Shown here: piece by piece, positions 34,612 through 47,545 of the stretch
How the letters are laid out: each line of letters starts with the position of its first letter
Numbering within the stretch: the stretch's first letter is position 1
Origin: Chiloscyllium plagiosum
Taxonomy: Eukaryota
Reading direction: 5' to 3'
Assembly: GCF_004010195.1 (NCBI RefSeq)
Contig: NC_057754.1
Coordinates: 5,799,767-5,849,133, forward strand
DNA length: 49,367 bases
The notes under the pieces: generated by a model
The model's database searches: none
What the model was told of the DNA's origin: nothing
The model's input: only the letters and a program-made list of their open reading frames with translations
Program-made: the position numbers and the translations under genes

Positions 34612-37600
34612 NNNNNNNNNNNNNNNNNNNNNNNNNNNNNTATAAACCAGCCCCACAGTCACTGACACCAATCTCCCCTTGTCTGATATAAACCATACCC
34701 ACAGTCCCTGACAACAATCTCCCCCTGTCTGATATCAACCAGTCCCACTATCACTGAAACCAATCTCCCCCTGTCTGATAAACGAGCCCCACAGTCAGTG
34801 ACGCCATCTCTGCCTGTCTGATATGAACCAACTAGGTAAAAACAAGGACTGTAGATGCTGAAACTAGAGTCTAGATTAGAGTGGTGCTGGAAAAACACAG
34901 GTAGCGTTGATACAAACCAACACCACAGTCACTGACACCAATCTCCCCTTGTCTGATATAAATCAGTCCCACAGTCACTGACACCAATCTCACCTTGTCT
35001 GATATAAACCAGACCCACAGTCCCCCACACACCAATATCCCCCTGTCTGATATAAACCAGCTCCACAGTCTCTAACACCAATCTCCCCCTGACTGATATA
35101 AACCAGCTCACAGTCACTGACACAAATTTCCTCCTGTCTGATATAAATCAGTCCAATAGTCACTGACACCAATCTCACCTTGTCTGATATAAACCAGACC
35201 CACAGTCCCTCACACACCAATACACCACTGTCTGATATCAACCAGCTCCACAGTCACTGACACCAATCTGCTCCTGTCTGACATAAAACAACCCCTTTTT
35301 CACTGACGCCAATCTCCCCCTGTCTGAAATAAAACAGCCCCACAGTCACTGACACCAATTTCTGCATGTCTGATATAAACCAGCCCCACAGACACTGACA
35401 CCAATCTCCCGCCGGCTGATATAAACCAATTCACAGTCACTGACACCAATCTCCCGCTGACTGATATAAACCAGACTCACAGTCACTGACACCAATCTCC
35501 CCCTGTCTGATATCAACCATACCCACAGTCACTGACACCAATTTCCTCCAGTCTGATATAATACAGCCACACAGTCACAGACACCAATCTCCCACTGTCT
35601 GATATAAACCAGACCCACAGTCACTGACACCAATCTCCCTCTGTCTGATATAAACCATCCCCATAGTCACTGATACCAATCTCCCCCTTTCTGATCTAAA
35701 CCACCCCCACAGTCACTGACGCCAATCTCCTCCAGTCTGATATAAACCAGCACCACAGTCACTGATGACAATCTCCTCTTGTCTGACATAAACCATCCCC
35801 TTTTTCACTGACGTCAATCTCACCCTGTCTGACATAAACCAGCCCCACAGTCACTAACGCCAATTTCTGCATGTCTGATACAAAACAGCTCCATAGTCCC
35901 TGACACCAATCTCCCCTTGTCTGATATAACCCAGACCCTCAGTCCCTGACACCAATCTCCCCCTGTCTGATATAAACCAGACCCACAGTCACTGACACCA
36001 ATCTCCCCTTGTCTTTTCTGAACCAGCCCCACAGTCACTGACACCAATCTCCCCTTGGCTGATATAAACCAGAGCCACAGTCCCTGACACCATTCTCACC
36101 CTGGCTGATATCAAACAGCTCCACAGTCAATGACACAAATCTCCCCTTGTCTGATATAAACCAGACACACAGTCACTGACATCATTCTCCCCCTGTCTGA
36201 TATAACCCAGCCTTACAGTCACTGACACCAATCTCCCCCTGTCTGATAAAAACCAGACCCACAGTCACTGACTCCAAACTCCCTCTGCTGATATAAACCT
36301 GACCCACAGTCACTGACACCAATCTCCCCCTGTCTGATATAAACCAGCTCCACAGTCACTGACACCAATCTCCCCCTGTCTGATATAAACCAGCTCCACA
36401 GTCCCTGACACCATACTCCCCCTGTATGATATAAACCAGCTCCACAGTCCCTGACACCAATCTCCCCCTGTCTGATATAAACCATCCCCACAGTCAATGA
36501 CACCAATCTCTGCCTGTCTGATATGAACCAACTTGGTAAAAACAAGGATTGGAGATGGTGAAACGAGAGTCTAGATTAGAGTGGTGCTGGAAAAACACAG
36601 GTAGCGTTGATATAAACCAACACCACAGTCACTGACACCAATCTCCCCCTGTCTGATATAAACCAGCTCACAGTCACTGACACAAATTTCCTCCTGTCTG
36701 ATATAAATCAGTCTCATAGTCACTGATACCAATCTCCCCCTGTCTGATATAAACCAGACCCACAGTCACTGACACCAATCTCCCCTTGTTTCATATGAAC
36801 CAGCCCCACAGTCCCTGACAATAATCTCCCTCTGTCTGATATCAACCAGCTCCACAGTGACTGACACCAATCTCCCTCTGCCTGATTGAATCCAGCCCCA
36901 CAGTCACTGTCACCATTTTCTCCTGTCTGATATAAACCAGCCCCAAAGTCACTGGCACCAATCTCCCCTTCTCTGATTTAAACCAGACCCAAAGTCACTG
37001 ATGCCAATCTCCTACAATCCGATATAAACCAGCTCCACAGTCACTGACGCCAATCTCCTCCTGTCTGACATAAACCAGCCTCTTTTTCACTGACGCCAAT
37101 CTCCCCCTGTCTGATATAAACCAGCCCACAGTCACTGACACCAATCTCCACCTGTGTGATATAAACCATACCCACAGTCACTGACACCAATTTCCTCCAG
37201 TCTGATATAATCCAGCGCCACAGTCACTGACACCAATCTCCCCCTGTCTGATATTAACCAGCCCCAAAGTCACTGATACCAATCTCCCCCTTTCTGATAT
37301 AAACCAGACCCACAGTCACTGACGCCAAGCTCCTCCAGTCTGATATAAACCAGCTCCACAGTCACTGAAGACAATCTCCCCCTGTCTGACATAAACTAGC
37401 CCCACAGTCACTGAAACGAATTACTGCATGTCTGATAAAAACCAGCCCCATAGTACCTGATACCACTCTCTGCCTGTCTGATAATATCCAGTCCCATAGT
37501 CCCTGACACCAATCTCTGCCTGTCTGATATAATCCAGCCCACAGTCACTGACACCAATCTCGCGCTGTCTGATATAAACCATACCACATTCACTGACACC

Positions 37601-40261
37601 AATTTCCTCCTGTCTGACATAAACCAGCTCCACAGTCACTGAAGACAATCTCCTCCTGTCTGACATAAACCAGCCCCACAGTCACTGACGCCAATCTCCC
37701 CTGTCTGACATAAACCAGCCCCACAGTCACTGACACCAATTTCTGCATGTCTGATATAAACCTGCCCCATAGTCCCTGACACCAATCTCTGCCTGTCGGA
37801 TATAATCCAGCTGCATAGTCCCTGACACCAATCTCCACTTGTCTGATATAACCCAGAACCACAGTCCCTGACACCAATCTCCCCCTGTCAGATATAAACC
37901 AGACCCAGTCACTGACACCAATCTCACCTTGTCTTATATGAACCAGCCCCACCGCCACTGACACCAATCTCCACTTGTCTGATATAAACCAGACCCACAG
38001 TCCCTCACACACCAATCTCCCCCTGTCTAATATCAACCAGCTCCACAGTCACTGACACCATTCTCCCCCTTTCAAATATAACCCAGCCTGACAGTCACTG
38101 ACACCAATCTCACCCTGTCTGATATAAACCAGACCCACAGTCACTGACGCCAATCTCCCCTTGTCTTATATGAACCAGCCCCACAGTCACTGACACCAAT
38201 CTCCCCTTGTCTGATATAAACCAGACCCACAGTCACTGACACCAATCTCCCCCTGTCTGATATAAACCATAACCACAGTCACTGACACCAATTTCCTCCA
38301 GTCTGATATAATCCAGCTCCTCAGTCACTGACACAAATCTCCTCCTGTCTGGTATAAACCCGACCCACAGTCATTGACACTAATCGCCTTCTGTCTGATA
38401 TAAACCAGCCCCATAGTCCCTGACACCAATGGCTGCCTATCTGATATAATCCTGTCCCATAGTCCCTGACACCAATCTCTGCCTGTCTGATATAATCCAG
38501 CCCACAGTCACTGACACCAATCTCGCCTTGTCTTATATGAACCAGCCCCACAGTCACTGACACCAATCTCCCCTTGTTTGATATAAACCAGACCCACAGT
38601 CCCTGACACCAATCTCCCCCGGTCTGATATCAACGAGCTCCACAGTCACTGACACCAATCTTCCCCTGTCTGATATAATCAAGCCCCACAGTCACTGACA
38701 CCATTCTCCCCCTTTCTGATATAACCCAGCCTTTCAGTCACTGACACCAATCTCCCCATGTCTGATATAAACCAGCCCCAAAGTCACTGACACCAATCTC
38801 CCCTTGTCTTATATGAACCAGCCCCACAGTCACTGACACCAATCTCACTTTGTCTGATATAAACCAGCCCCACAGTCACTGACGCCAATCTCCCGCTGTC
38901 TGATATAAACCAGTCCAGAGTCACTGACACTAATCTCCCTCTGTCTGATATAAACCATACTCACAGTCACTAACACCAATTTGCTCCAGTCTGATATAAT
39001 CCAGCCTGACAGTCACTGACACCAGTCTCCCCCTGTCTGATATAAGCCAGACCCACAGTCACTTACACCAATCTCCCCCTGTCTGATATAAACCAGACCC
39101 ACAATCGCTGACGCCAATCTACTCCAGTCTGATATAAACCAGTTCCACAATAACTGACGCCAATCTCCTCCTGTCTGACATAAACCAGCCCCTTTTTCAC
39201 TGACACCAATCTCCCCTGTCTGGCATAAACCATCCCCACAGTCACTGACACCAATTTCTGCATGTCTGATATAAACCAACCCCACAGACACTGACACCAA
39301 TCTCCCGCTGTCTGATATGAACCAGTCCCAAATTCACTGATACCAATCTCCCCCTTTCTCTTATAAACCAGACCCACAGTCACTGACGCCAATCTCCTCC
39401 AGTCTGATATAAACCAGCTCCACAGTCACTGATGAAAATCTGCTCCTGTCTGACATAACCCAGCCCCTTTTTCACTGACGCCAATCTCCCCTTGTCTGAT
39501 ATAAACCAGCCCCATCGTCCCTGACACCAATCTCTGCCTGTCTGATATAAACCAGACTCACAGTCACTGACACTAATCTCCCTCTGTCTGATATAAACCA
39601 TACTCACAGTCACTGACACCAATATCCCCCTTTCTGACATAAACCAGCCCCACAGTAACTGACACCAATTTCTGCATGTCTGATATAAACCAGCCCCAGA
39701 GACACTGACACCAATCTCCCGATGACTGATATAAACCAGACTCACAGTCACTGACACCACTCTCCCTCTGTCTGATATAAACCATACCCACAGTCACTGA
39801 CACCAATTTCCTCCAGTCTGATATAATCCAGCCCCACAGTCACTGAGACCAATCTCCCACTTTCTGATATAAACCAGACCCACAGTCACTGACCCCACTC
39901 TCCCTCTGTCTGATATAAACCAGCCCCACAGTCACTGATACCAATCTCCCCCTTTCTGATATAAACCATCCCCACAGTCACTGACGCCAATTTCCTGCAG
40001 TCTGATATAAACCAGTTCCACAGTCACTGATGACATTCTCCTCTTGTCTGACATAAACCATCCCCTTTTTCACTGACACCAAACTCACCCTGTCTGACAT
40101 AAACCAGCCCCATAGTCCCTGACACCAAACTCTGCCTGTTTGATATAATCCAGTCCCATAGTCCCTGACACCAATCTCTGCCTGTCTGATATAATCCCGC
40201 CCCACTGACACTGACACCAATCTCCCCTTGTCTGATATAAACCAGACTCTAAGTCACTGAC

Positions 40262-40467
40262 GGAATCTTTGAGGAGAACGTGAGGTCTGCAGATGCTGGA
40301 GATCAGAGATGGAAATGTGTTGCTGGAAAAGCGCAGCAGGTCAGGCAGCATCNNNNNNNNNNNNNNNNNNNNNNATTCCTGAAGAAGGGCTAATGCCCGA
40401 AACGTCGATTCTCCTGTTCCCTAGATGCTGCCTGACCTGCTGCGCTTTTATAGCAACACATTTCCAT
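40262..40467 (+). mobile_element. Young fold-back Penelope-derived element with 15-bp TSD in the satellite
   Basis: Direct repeat CTCTAAGTCACTGAC at 40247-40261 and 40468-40482 (a satellite variant not noticed elsewhere in the array); near-perfect inverted arms; central 22-N gap. Confidence 0.88.
40375..40410 (+). ncRNA. Minimal (type I, PLE-style) hammerhead ribozyme with intact core
   Basis: ATTC-CTGAAGA(40379-85)-A-GGGC-taat-GCCC-GAAA(40399-402)-C-GTC^-GATT; perfect 4-bp stem II, palindromic ACGT helix III, GUC cleavage triplet; stem I short. Confidence 0.75.
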
Positions 40468-43400
40468 CTCTAAGTCACTGACACCAATCTCCCCTTGTCT
40501 GATATAAACCAGCCCCACAGTCACTGACGCCAATAACCTCCAGTCTGATATAAACCAGCTTCACAGTCACTGAAGACAATCTCCTCCTGTCTGGCATTAA
40601 CCAGCCTCTTTTTCACTGACGCCAATCTCCCCCTGTCTGACAGAAACCAGCCCCACAGTCACTGACACCAATTTCTGCATGTCTGATATAAACCAGCCCA
40701 ATAGTGCCTGACACCAATCTCTGCCTGTCTGATATAATCCACCCCCTTAGTCCCTGACACCAATCTCTGCCTGTCTGATATAATCCAGCCCCCCAGTCAC
40801 TGACACCAATCTCCCCTCTGTCTGATATCAATCATATCCACTGTCACTGACACCCATTTCCTAAAGTCTGATATAATCCAGCCCCAAAATCACTGACAAT
40901 AATCTCCCCATGTCTGATATAAACCAGACCCACAGTCACTGACGCCAATCTCCCCCTGTCTGATATAAACCAGCCCCACAGTCACAGATACCAATCTCCC
41001 CCTTTCTGATATAAACCAGACCCACAGTCACTGACGCCAATCTCCTCCAGACTGATATAAACCAGACCCACAGTCACTGACGCCAGTCTCCCCCTGTCTG
41101 ACATAAACTAGCCCCACAGACACTGACCCCAATTTCTGCATGTCTGATATAAACCAGCCCGGTAGTCCCTGAAACCAATCTCTGCCTGTCTGATATAATC
41201 CACCCCAATAGTCCCTGACACCAATCTCTGCCTGTCTGATATAATCCAGCCCCACAGACACTGACACCAATCTCCCGTTGTCTGATATAAATCAGCCCAC
41301 AGTCACTGACACCAATCTCCCCTTGTCTGATATAAACCATACCCACAGTCACTGACACCAATTTCCTAAAGTCTGATGTAATCCAGTCCCCAGTCACAGA
41401 CACTAATCTCACCCTGTCTGATATAAATCAGACCCACAGTCACTGACACCAATTTCCCCCTGTCTGATATAAACCAGACCCACAGTCACTGACACCAATC
41501 TCCCTCTGTCTGATATAAACCAGCCCCACAGTCACTCATACCAATCTCCCCCTTTCTGATATAAACCAGACCCACAGTCACTGACGCCAATCTCCTCCAG
41601 TCTGATATAAACCAGACCCACAGTCACTGATGACGATCTCCTCCTGTCTGACATAAAGCAGCCCCTTTTTCACAGACGCCAATCTCCCACTCTCTGACAT
41701 AAACTAACCCCACTGTCACTGACACCAATTTCTGCATGTCTGATATAAACCTGCCCCATAGTCCCTGACAAAAATCTCTGCCTGTCTGATATAATCCAGC
41801 CCCATAGTCCCTGACACCAATCTCCTCCAGTCTGATATAAACCAGCTCCACAGTCCATGACACCAATCTCCCCCGTCTGATATCAACCATCCCCACAGTC
41901 ACTGACACCAATCTCCCTCGGTCTGATATAATCCAGCCCCTCAGTCACTGACACCATTCTTCCCCTGTCTGAGACAAACCAGACCTACAATCACTGACAC
42001 CAATCTCCCCGTGTCTTATATGAACCAGCCCCACAGTCACTGACACAAATCTTCACTTGTCTGAAATGAACCAGCTCCACAGTCCCTGACACCAATCTCC
42101 CCCTGTCTGAAATGAACCAGCTCCACAGTCACTGACACCAAACTCCCCCTGTCTGATATCATCAAGCCCCACAGTCACTGACACCATTCTCCCCCTGTCT
42201 GATATAAACCAGACCCAGAGTCACTGACACAAATCTTCCCTTGTCTGATACAAACCAGCTCCAAAGTCACTGACACCAATCTCCCGCTGTCTGATATAAA
42301 CCAACCCGCAGTCACTGACACCAATCTTCCCTTGTCTGATATAAACCAGACCCACAGTCACTGACACCAATCTCCCCTTGTCTAATATAATCCATATCCA
42401 CAGTCACTGACATCAATTTCCTCCAGTCAATGTAATCCAGCCCCACAGTCACTGACACCAATCTCCCCCTGTCTGATATAAACCAGCCCCGCAGTCCCTG
42501 ATACCAATCTCCCCCTTTCTGATATAACCCAGACCCACAGTCACGGACGCCAATCTCCTCCAGTCTGATATAAACCAGCTCCACAGTCACTGATGACAAT
42601 CTCCTCCTGTCTGAAATAAACCAGCCCATTTTTCACTTACGCCAATCTCCCCCTGTCTGACATCATCCAGCCCCACAGTCACTGACACCAATCTCCCCCT
42701 GTCTGATATAATCCAGCCGCACAGTCACTGACACCAATCTTCCCCTGTCTGATATAAACCCGACCCAACGTCACTGACACCAATCTCCCCCTGTCTGATA
42801 TAAACCATCCCCCCAGTCACTGACTCCATTTTCCCCCTGTCTGATATAAACCAGACCCAACGTCACTGAGGCAAATGTCCTCCAGTCTGATATAAACCAG
42901 CTCCACAGTCCCTGACACCAATCTCCCCCGTCTGATATAAACCATCCCCACAGTCACTGACACCAATCTCCCTCTGTCTGATATAATCCAGCACCACAGT
43001 CACTGACACCATTCTTCCCCTGTCTGATATAAACCCGACCCAACGTCACTGACACCAATCTCCCCCTGTCTGATATAAACCAGCCCCACAGTCACTGACA
43101 CCAATTTCTGCATGTCTTGTATAAACCAGCCCCACAGTCACTGACGCCAATCTGCTCCTGTCTGACATAAACCAAACCCTTTTTCACTGACGCCAATCTC
43201 CCACTTTCTGGCATAAACCAGCCCCACAGTCACTGACACCAATTTCTGCATGTCTGGTATCAACCAGCCCCACAGACACTGACACCAATCTCCCGCTGTC
43301 TGATATAAACCAGACTCACAGTCACTGACACCAATCTCCCCCTGTCTGATATAAACCATACCCACAGTCACTGGCAACAATTTCCTCCAGTCTGATATAA

Positions 43401-45848
43401 TCCAGCCCCACAGTCACTGACACCAATCTCCCCCTGTCTGATATAAACCAGCCCCACAGTCACTGACACCATTCTCCCTCTGTCTGATATAAACCAGCCC
43501 CACAGTCACTGATACCAATCTCCCCTTTCAGACATAAACCAGCCCCACAGTTACTGACACCAATTTCTGCATCTCTGATATAAACCAGCCCCACAGACAC
43601 TGACACCAATCTACCGCTGTCTGATATAAACCAACCCACAGTCACTGACACCAATCTCCCGCTGACTGATATAAACCAGACCCACAGTCATTGACCCCAC
43701 TCTCCCTCTGTCTGATATAAACCAGCCCCACAGTCACTGATACCAATCTCCCCCTTTCTGATATAAACCACCCGCACAGTCACTGACACCAATTTCCTGC
43801 AGTCTGATATAAACCAGTTCCACAGTCACTGATGACATTCTCCTCTTGTCTGACATAAACCATCCCCTTTTTCACTGACGCCAATCTCACCCTGTCTGAC
43901 ATAAACCAGCCCCACAGTCACTGACGCCAATTTCTGCATGTCTGATATAAACCAGCCCCATAGACCCTGACACCAATCTCTGCCTGTCTGATATAATCCA
44001 GCCCCATAGTCCCTGACACCAATCTCTGCCTGTCTGATATAAAGCAGCCCACAGTCACTGACATCAATCTCCCTCTGTCTGATATAAACCAGCCCCACAG
44101 TCACTGACGCCAATATCCTCCAGTCTGATATAAACCAGCTTCACAGTCACTGAAGACAATCTCCTCCTGTCTGCATTAACCAGCCCCTTTTTCACTGACG
44201 CCAATCTCCCCCTGTCTGACAGAAACCAGCCCCACAGTCACTGACACCAATTTCTGCATGTCTGATATAAACCAGCCCCATAGTGCCTGACACCAATCTC
44301 TGCCTGTCTGATATAATCCAGCCCCACAGTCACTGACACCAATCTCCCGCTGTCTGATTTAAACAAGCCCACAGTCACTGACACCAATCTCCCCTCTGTC
44401 TGATATAAATCATATCCACTGTCACTGACACCCATTTCCTAAAGTCTGATATAATCCAGCCCCACAGTCACTGACAATAATCTCCCCTTGTCTGATATAA
44501 ACCAGACTCACAGTCACTGACGCCAATCTCCCTCTGTCTGATATAAACCAGCCCCACAGTCACTGATACCAATCACCCCCTTTCTGATATAAACCAGACT
44601 CACAGTCACTGACACCAATCTCCCCCTGTCTGATATAAACCATACCCACAGTCACTGACACCAATTTCCTCCAGTCTGATATAATCCAGCTCCACAGTCA
44701 CTGACACCAATCTCCCCCTGTCTGATATAAACCAGATCCACAGTCACTGACGCCAATATCCTCCAGTCTGATATAAACCAGCTCCACATGCACTGACGCC
44801 AATCTCCCCCTGTCTGACATAAACCAGCCCCACAGTCACTGACATCTATTTCTGCATGTCTGATATAAACCAGCCCCATAGTCTCTGACACAAATCTCTG
44901 CCTGTCTGACATAATCCAGCCCCACAGTCACTGACACCAATCTCCCCCTGTCTGATATAAACCCGACCCACAGTCACTGACACCAATCTCCCCCTTTCTG
45001 ATATAAACCAGACCCACAGTCACTGATGCCAATCTCCCCTTGTCTGATATAAACAAGCCCCACAGTCACTGACACCAGTCTCTGCCTGTCTGATATAAAC
45101 CAACCCATAGTCACTGATACTAATTTCTGCATGTCTGATATAAACCCCACCCACAGTCACTGACACCAATCTCCCCCTTTCTGACATAAACTAGCCCCAC
45201 AGTCACTGACACCAATTTCTGCATGTCTGATATAAACCAGCCCCGTAGTCCCTGAAACCAATCTCTGCCTGTCTGATATAATCCACCCCAATAGTCCCTG
45301 ACACCAATCTCTGCCTGTCTGATATAATCCAGCCGCACAGACACTGACTCCAATCTCCCGTTGTCTGATATAAATCAGCCCACAGTCACTGACACTAATC
45401 TCCCCTTGTCTGATATAAACCAGACTCACAGTCACTGACACCAATCTCCCCCTGTCTGATATAAACGAGCCCCACAGTCACTGACACCAATCTCCCTCTG
45501 TCTGATATAAATCAGCCCCACCGTCACTGACACCAATCTCTCCCTGTCTGATATAAACCAGCTCTACAGTCACTGACACCAATCTCTGCCTATCTGATAT
45601 AAACCATCTCTACAGTCACTGACACCAATCTCTGCCTGTATGATAGAAACGAGCCCCTTTTTCACTGACACCAATCTCCCCTGATATAAACCAGTCCCCT
45701 AGAGAATGATACCAAACTCGCCCTGTCCAATTTAAACCATTCCCACAAAATCTTTCACCAATTTCCTCTTGTCTGATATAAACCAGCTCCTAGACCACTG
45801 TCACCAATCCCTCCCTTTCTGATATAAACTAGCCAGACAGTCAGTGAC

Positions 45849-46050
45849 GAAAATGTGTTGCTGGAAAAGCGCAGCAGGTCAGGCAGCATCCAAGGAGCAG
45901 GGGAATCGACGTTTTGGGCATGATTCCTGAAGAAGGGTTCATTCCCGAAACTTCGATTCCCCTGCTCCTTGGATGCTGCCTGACCTGCTGCGCTTTTCCA
46001 GCAACACATTTTCAGCTCTGATCGCCAGCATCTGCAGTCCACACTTTCTC
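45849..46050 (+). mobile_element. Fold-back Penelope-derived element with 16-bp TSD and hammerhead core (45927-45954)
   Basis: Direct repeats CCAGACAGTCAGTGAC (45833-45848) and CCAGACAGTCAATGAC (46051-46066); CTGAAGA-A-GGG-ttcatt-CCC-GAAA-CTTC. Confidence 0.88.
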
Positions 46051-47073
46051 CCAGACAGTCAATGACACCAATCTCTGCCAGTCTGGTTGAAATTAGCCCC
46101 ACAAACGCTGACAATAATCTCCCCACGTCTGATATACACCAGCCCTGCAGTCACTGACACCAATCTCCTCCTGTCTGATATAAACCAGCCCCTTATTCAC
46201 TGACACCAATCTCCCCCTGTCTGATATAAACCAGCCCCACAGTCACTGACACCAATCTCTCCCTGTCTGATATAAACCAGCCCCACAGTCACTGACACCA
46301 ATCTCTCCCTGTCTGATATAAACCAGCCCCACAGTCACTGACACCAATCTCTCCCTGTCTGATATAAACCAGCCCCACAGTCACTGACACCAATCTCTCC
46401 CTGTCTGATATAAACCAGCCCCACAGTCACTGACACCAATCTCTCCCTGTCTGATATAAACCAGCCCCACAGTCACTGACACCAATCTCTCCCTGTCTGA
46501 TATAAACCAGCCCCACAGTCACTGACACCAATCTCTCCCTGTCTGATATAAACCAGCCCCACAGTCACTGACACCAATCTCCCCCTGTCTGATATAAACC
46601 AGCCCCACAGTCACTGACACTAATCTCTTCAGCTCTGACATAAACTTTGATTCCCATTCTTGCTGGTAGGAAAGTAGGGCCATGTGTGCAATGTTCAAGT
46701 CAGTCAGAATTGTCAGCAAGGATTCATCAACACTTTCTTTTTGGAGATTTTAATGCCGGGGAACTTTTCAGATATCAAATTTCAGTTCTTTTCCCAGGGA
46801 GCAAGTTCCATTTGAAGCAGAAATTTAATATTAGTTGCACACTAATTGCCTGTGAAATTTTTCTGAATTTGACAGAACGATCACAGAGAGCTGATTTTAA
46901 AGGGTCACGATACCCCAAAGAACGCTGTCAGCTACAATGACAAGAATCTTCAACTCTACTCTAGTGATAAGGAAGTAACTTCAGCAGAAACAAACCCGAA
47001 ATGTAAGAATGTACTTGATTCAATGCTGGATGTCATGAGCAACAGGAGTAATGGATTATTCCAACCTCTGCAG

Positions 47074-47545
47074 TCACATGTCGACTTGTTGATGTGTGAG
47101 CTGACTAAATCCACTTGTACTGGTTGAACAGGTCACTCCCAGGTGTGAATCTGTTGATGTGTCAGAAGGCTGGATGAAGTTGTGAATCCTTTCTCTCACA
47201 CAGGGCAGGCGAATGACCTTGACACAAGGTGAACTCATTGATGGGTCAGAAGGTTAGATGTATTAGGGAACCCTTTCTCCCACAAGACAGATGACTATTT
47301 TTTCCGCAGTTTGAACATGCTGATGGATCAGTAGCTGTGACAGTTGAGAAACTCCCTCTCTCAAATGGAGCAGGGGAATGAATAGCTTCTCCCCAGTATG
47401 AACCTGATGTACCAGTCACTCTGAGTGAATCCTTTCTCACAGAGACAACAGGTGAATGGTCTCTCACTTGTGTGAAATAGCTGGTGTGTCACCAGAGTTG
47501 TTGACTGAGTGAATCCTTTCCCACACTGAATGCAGGAGAACTCCA
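47074..47545 (-). pseudogene. C2H2 zinc-finger gene 3' portion, pseudogenised
   Basis: Minus strand [40 protein letters not shown], then frameshifted fingers and FACPV*EKGFTTSSSLLTHQQIHT with an in-frame stop; ends HQQVDM* (tca 47074-47076). Confidence 0.88.

Larger units (their letters stand above)
33340..46645 (+). repeat. 46-bp satellite array (~13.3 kb, ~270 units); consensus CAGTCACTGACACCAATCTCCCCCTGTCTGATATAAACCAGCCCCA
   Basis: agtcactgac at 46241 and 46287 (period 46); continuous except for Penelope-derived insertions and small gaps at 34612-34640 and 40353-40374. Confidence 0.97.

Noticed and set aside
33340..46645. RSS-like heptamer/nonamer in the monomer (CACAGTC...A(T/C)ATAAACC)
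   Set aside because: Spacer is 25 bp (19 bp from the alternative CACTGAC), not 12 or 23 +/-1, and no V/D/J segments are present
16525..46645. CRISPR-like repeat arrays
   Set aside because: Head-to-tail tandem units without unique spacers, eukaryotic context, no cas genes
33383..46719. Dozens of minus-strand ORFs (VSVTVGLVYIRQGEIGVSDCGAGLYQTGGDWCQ)
   Set aside because: Translations of a 46-bp unit that is not a multiple of 3; frames rotate and hit TGA regularly
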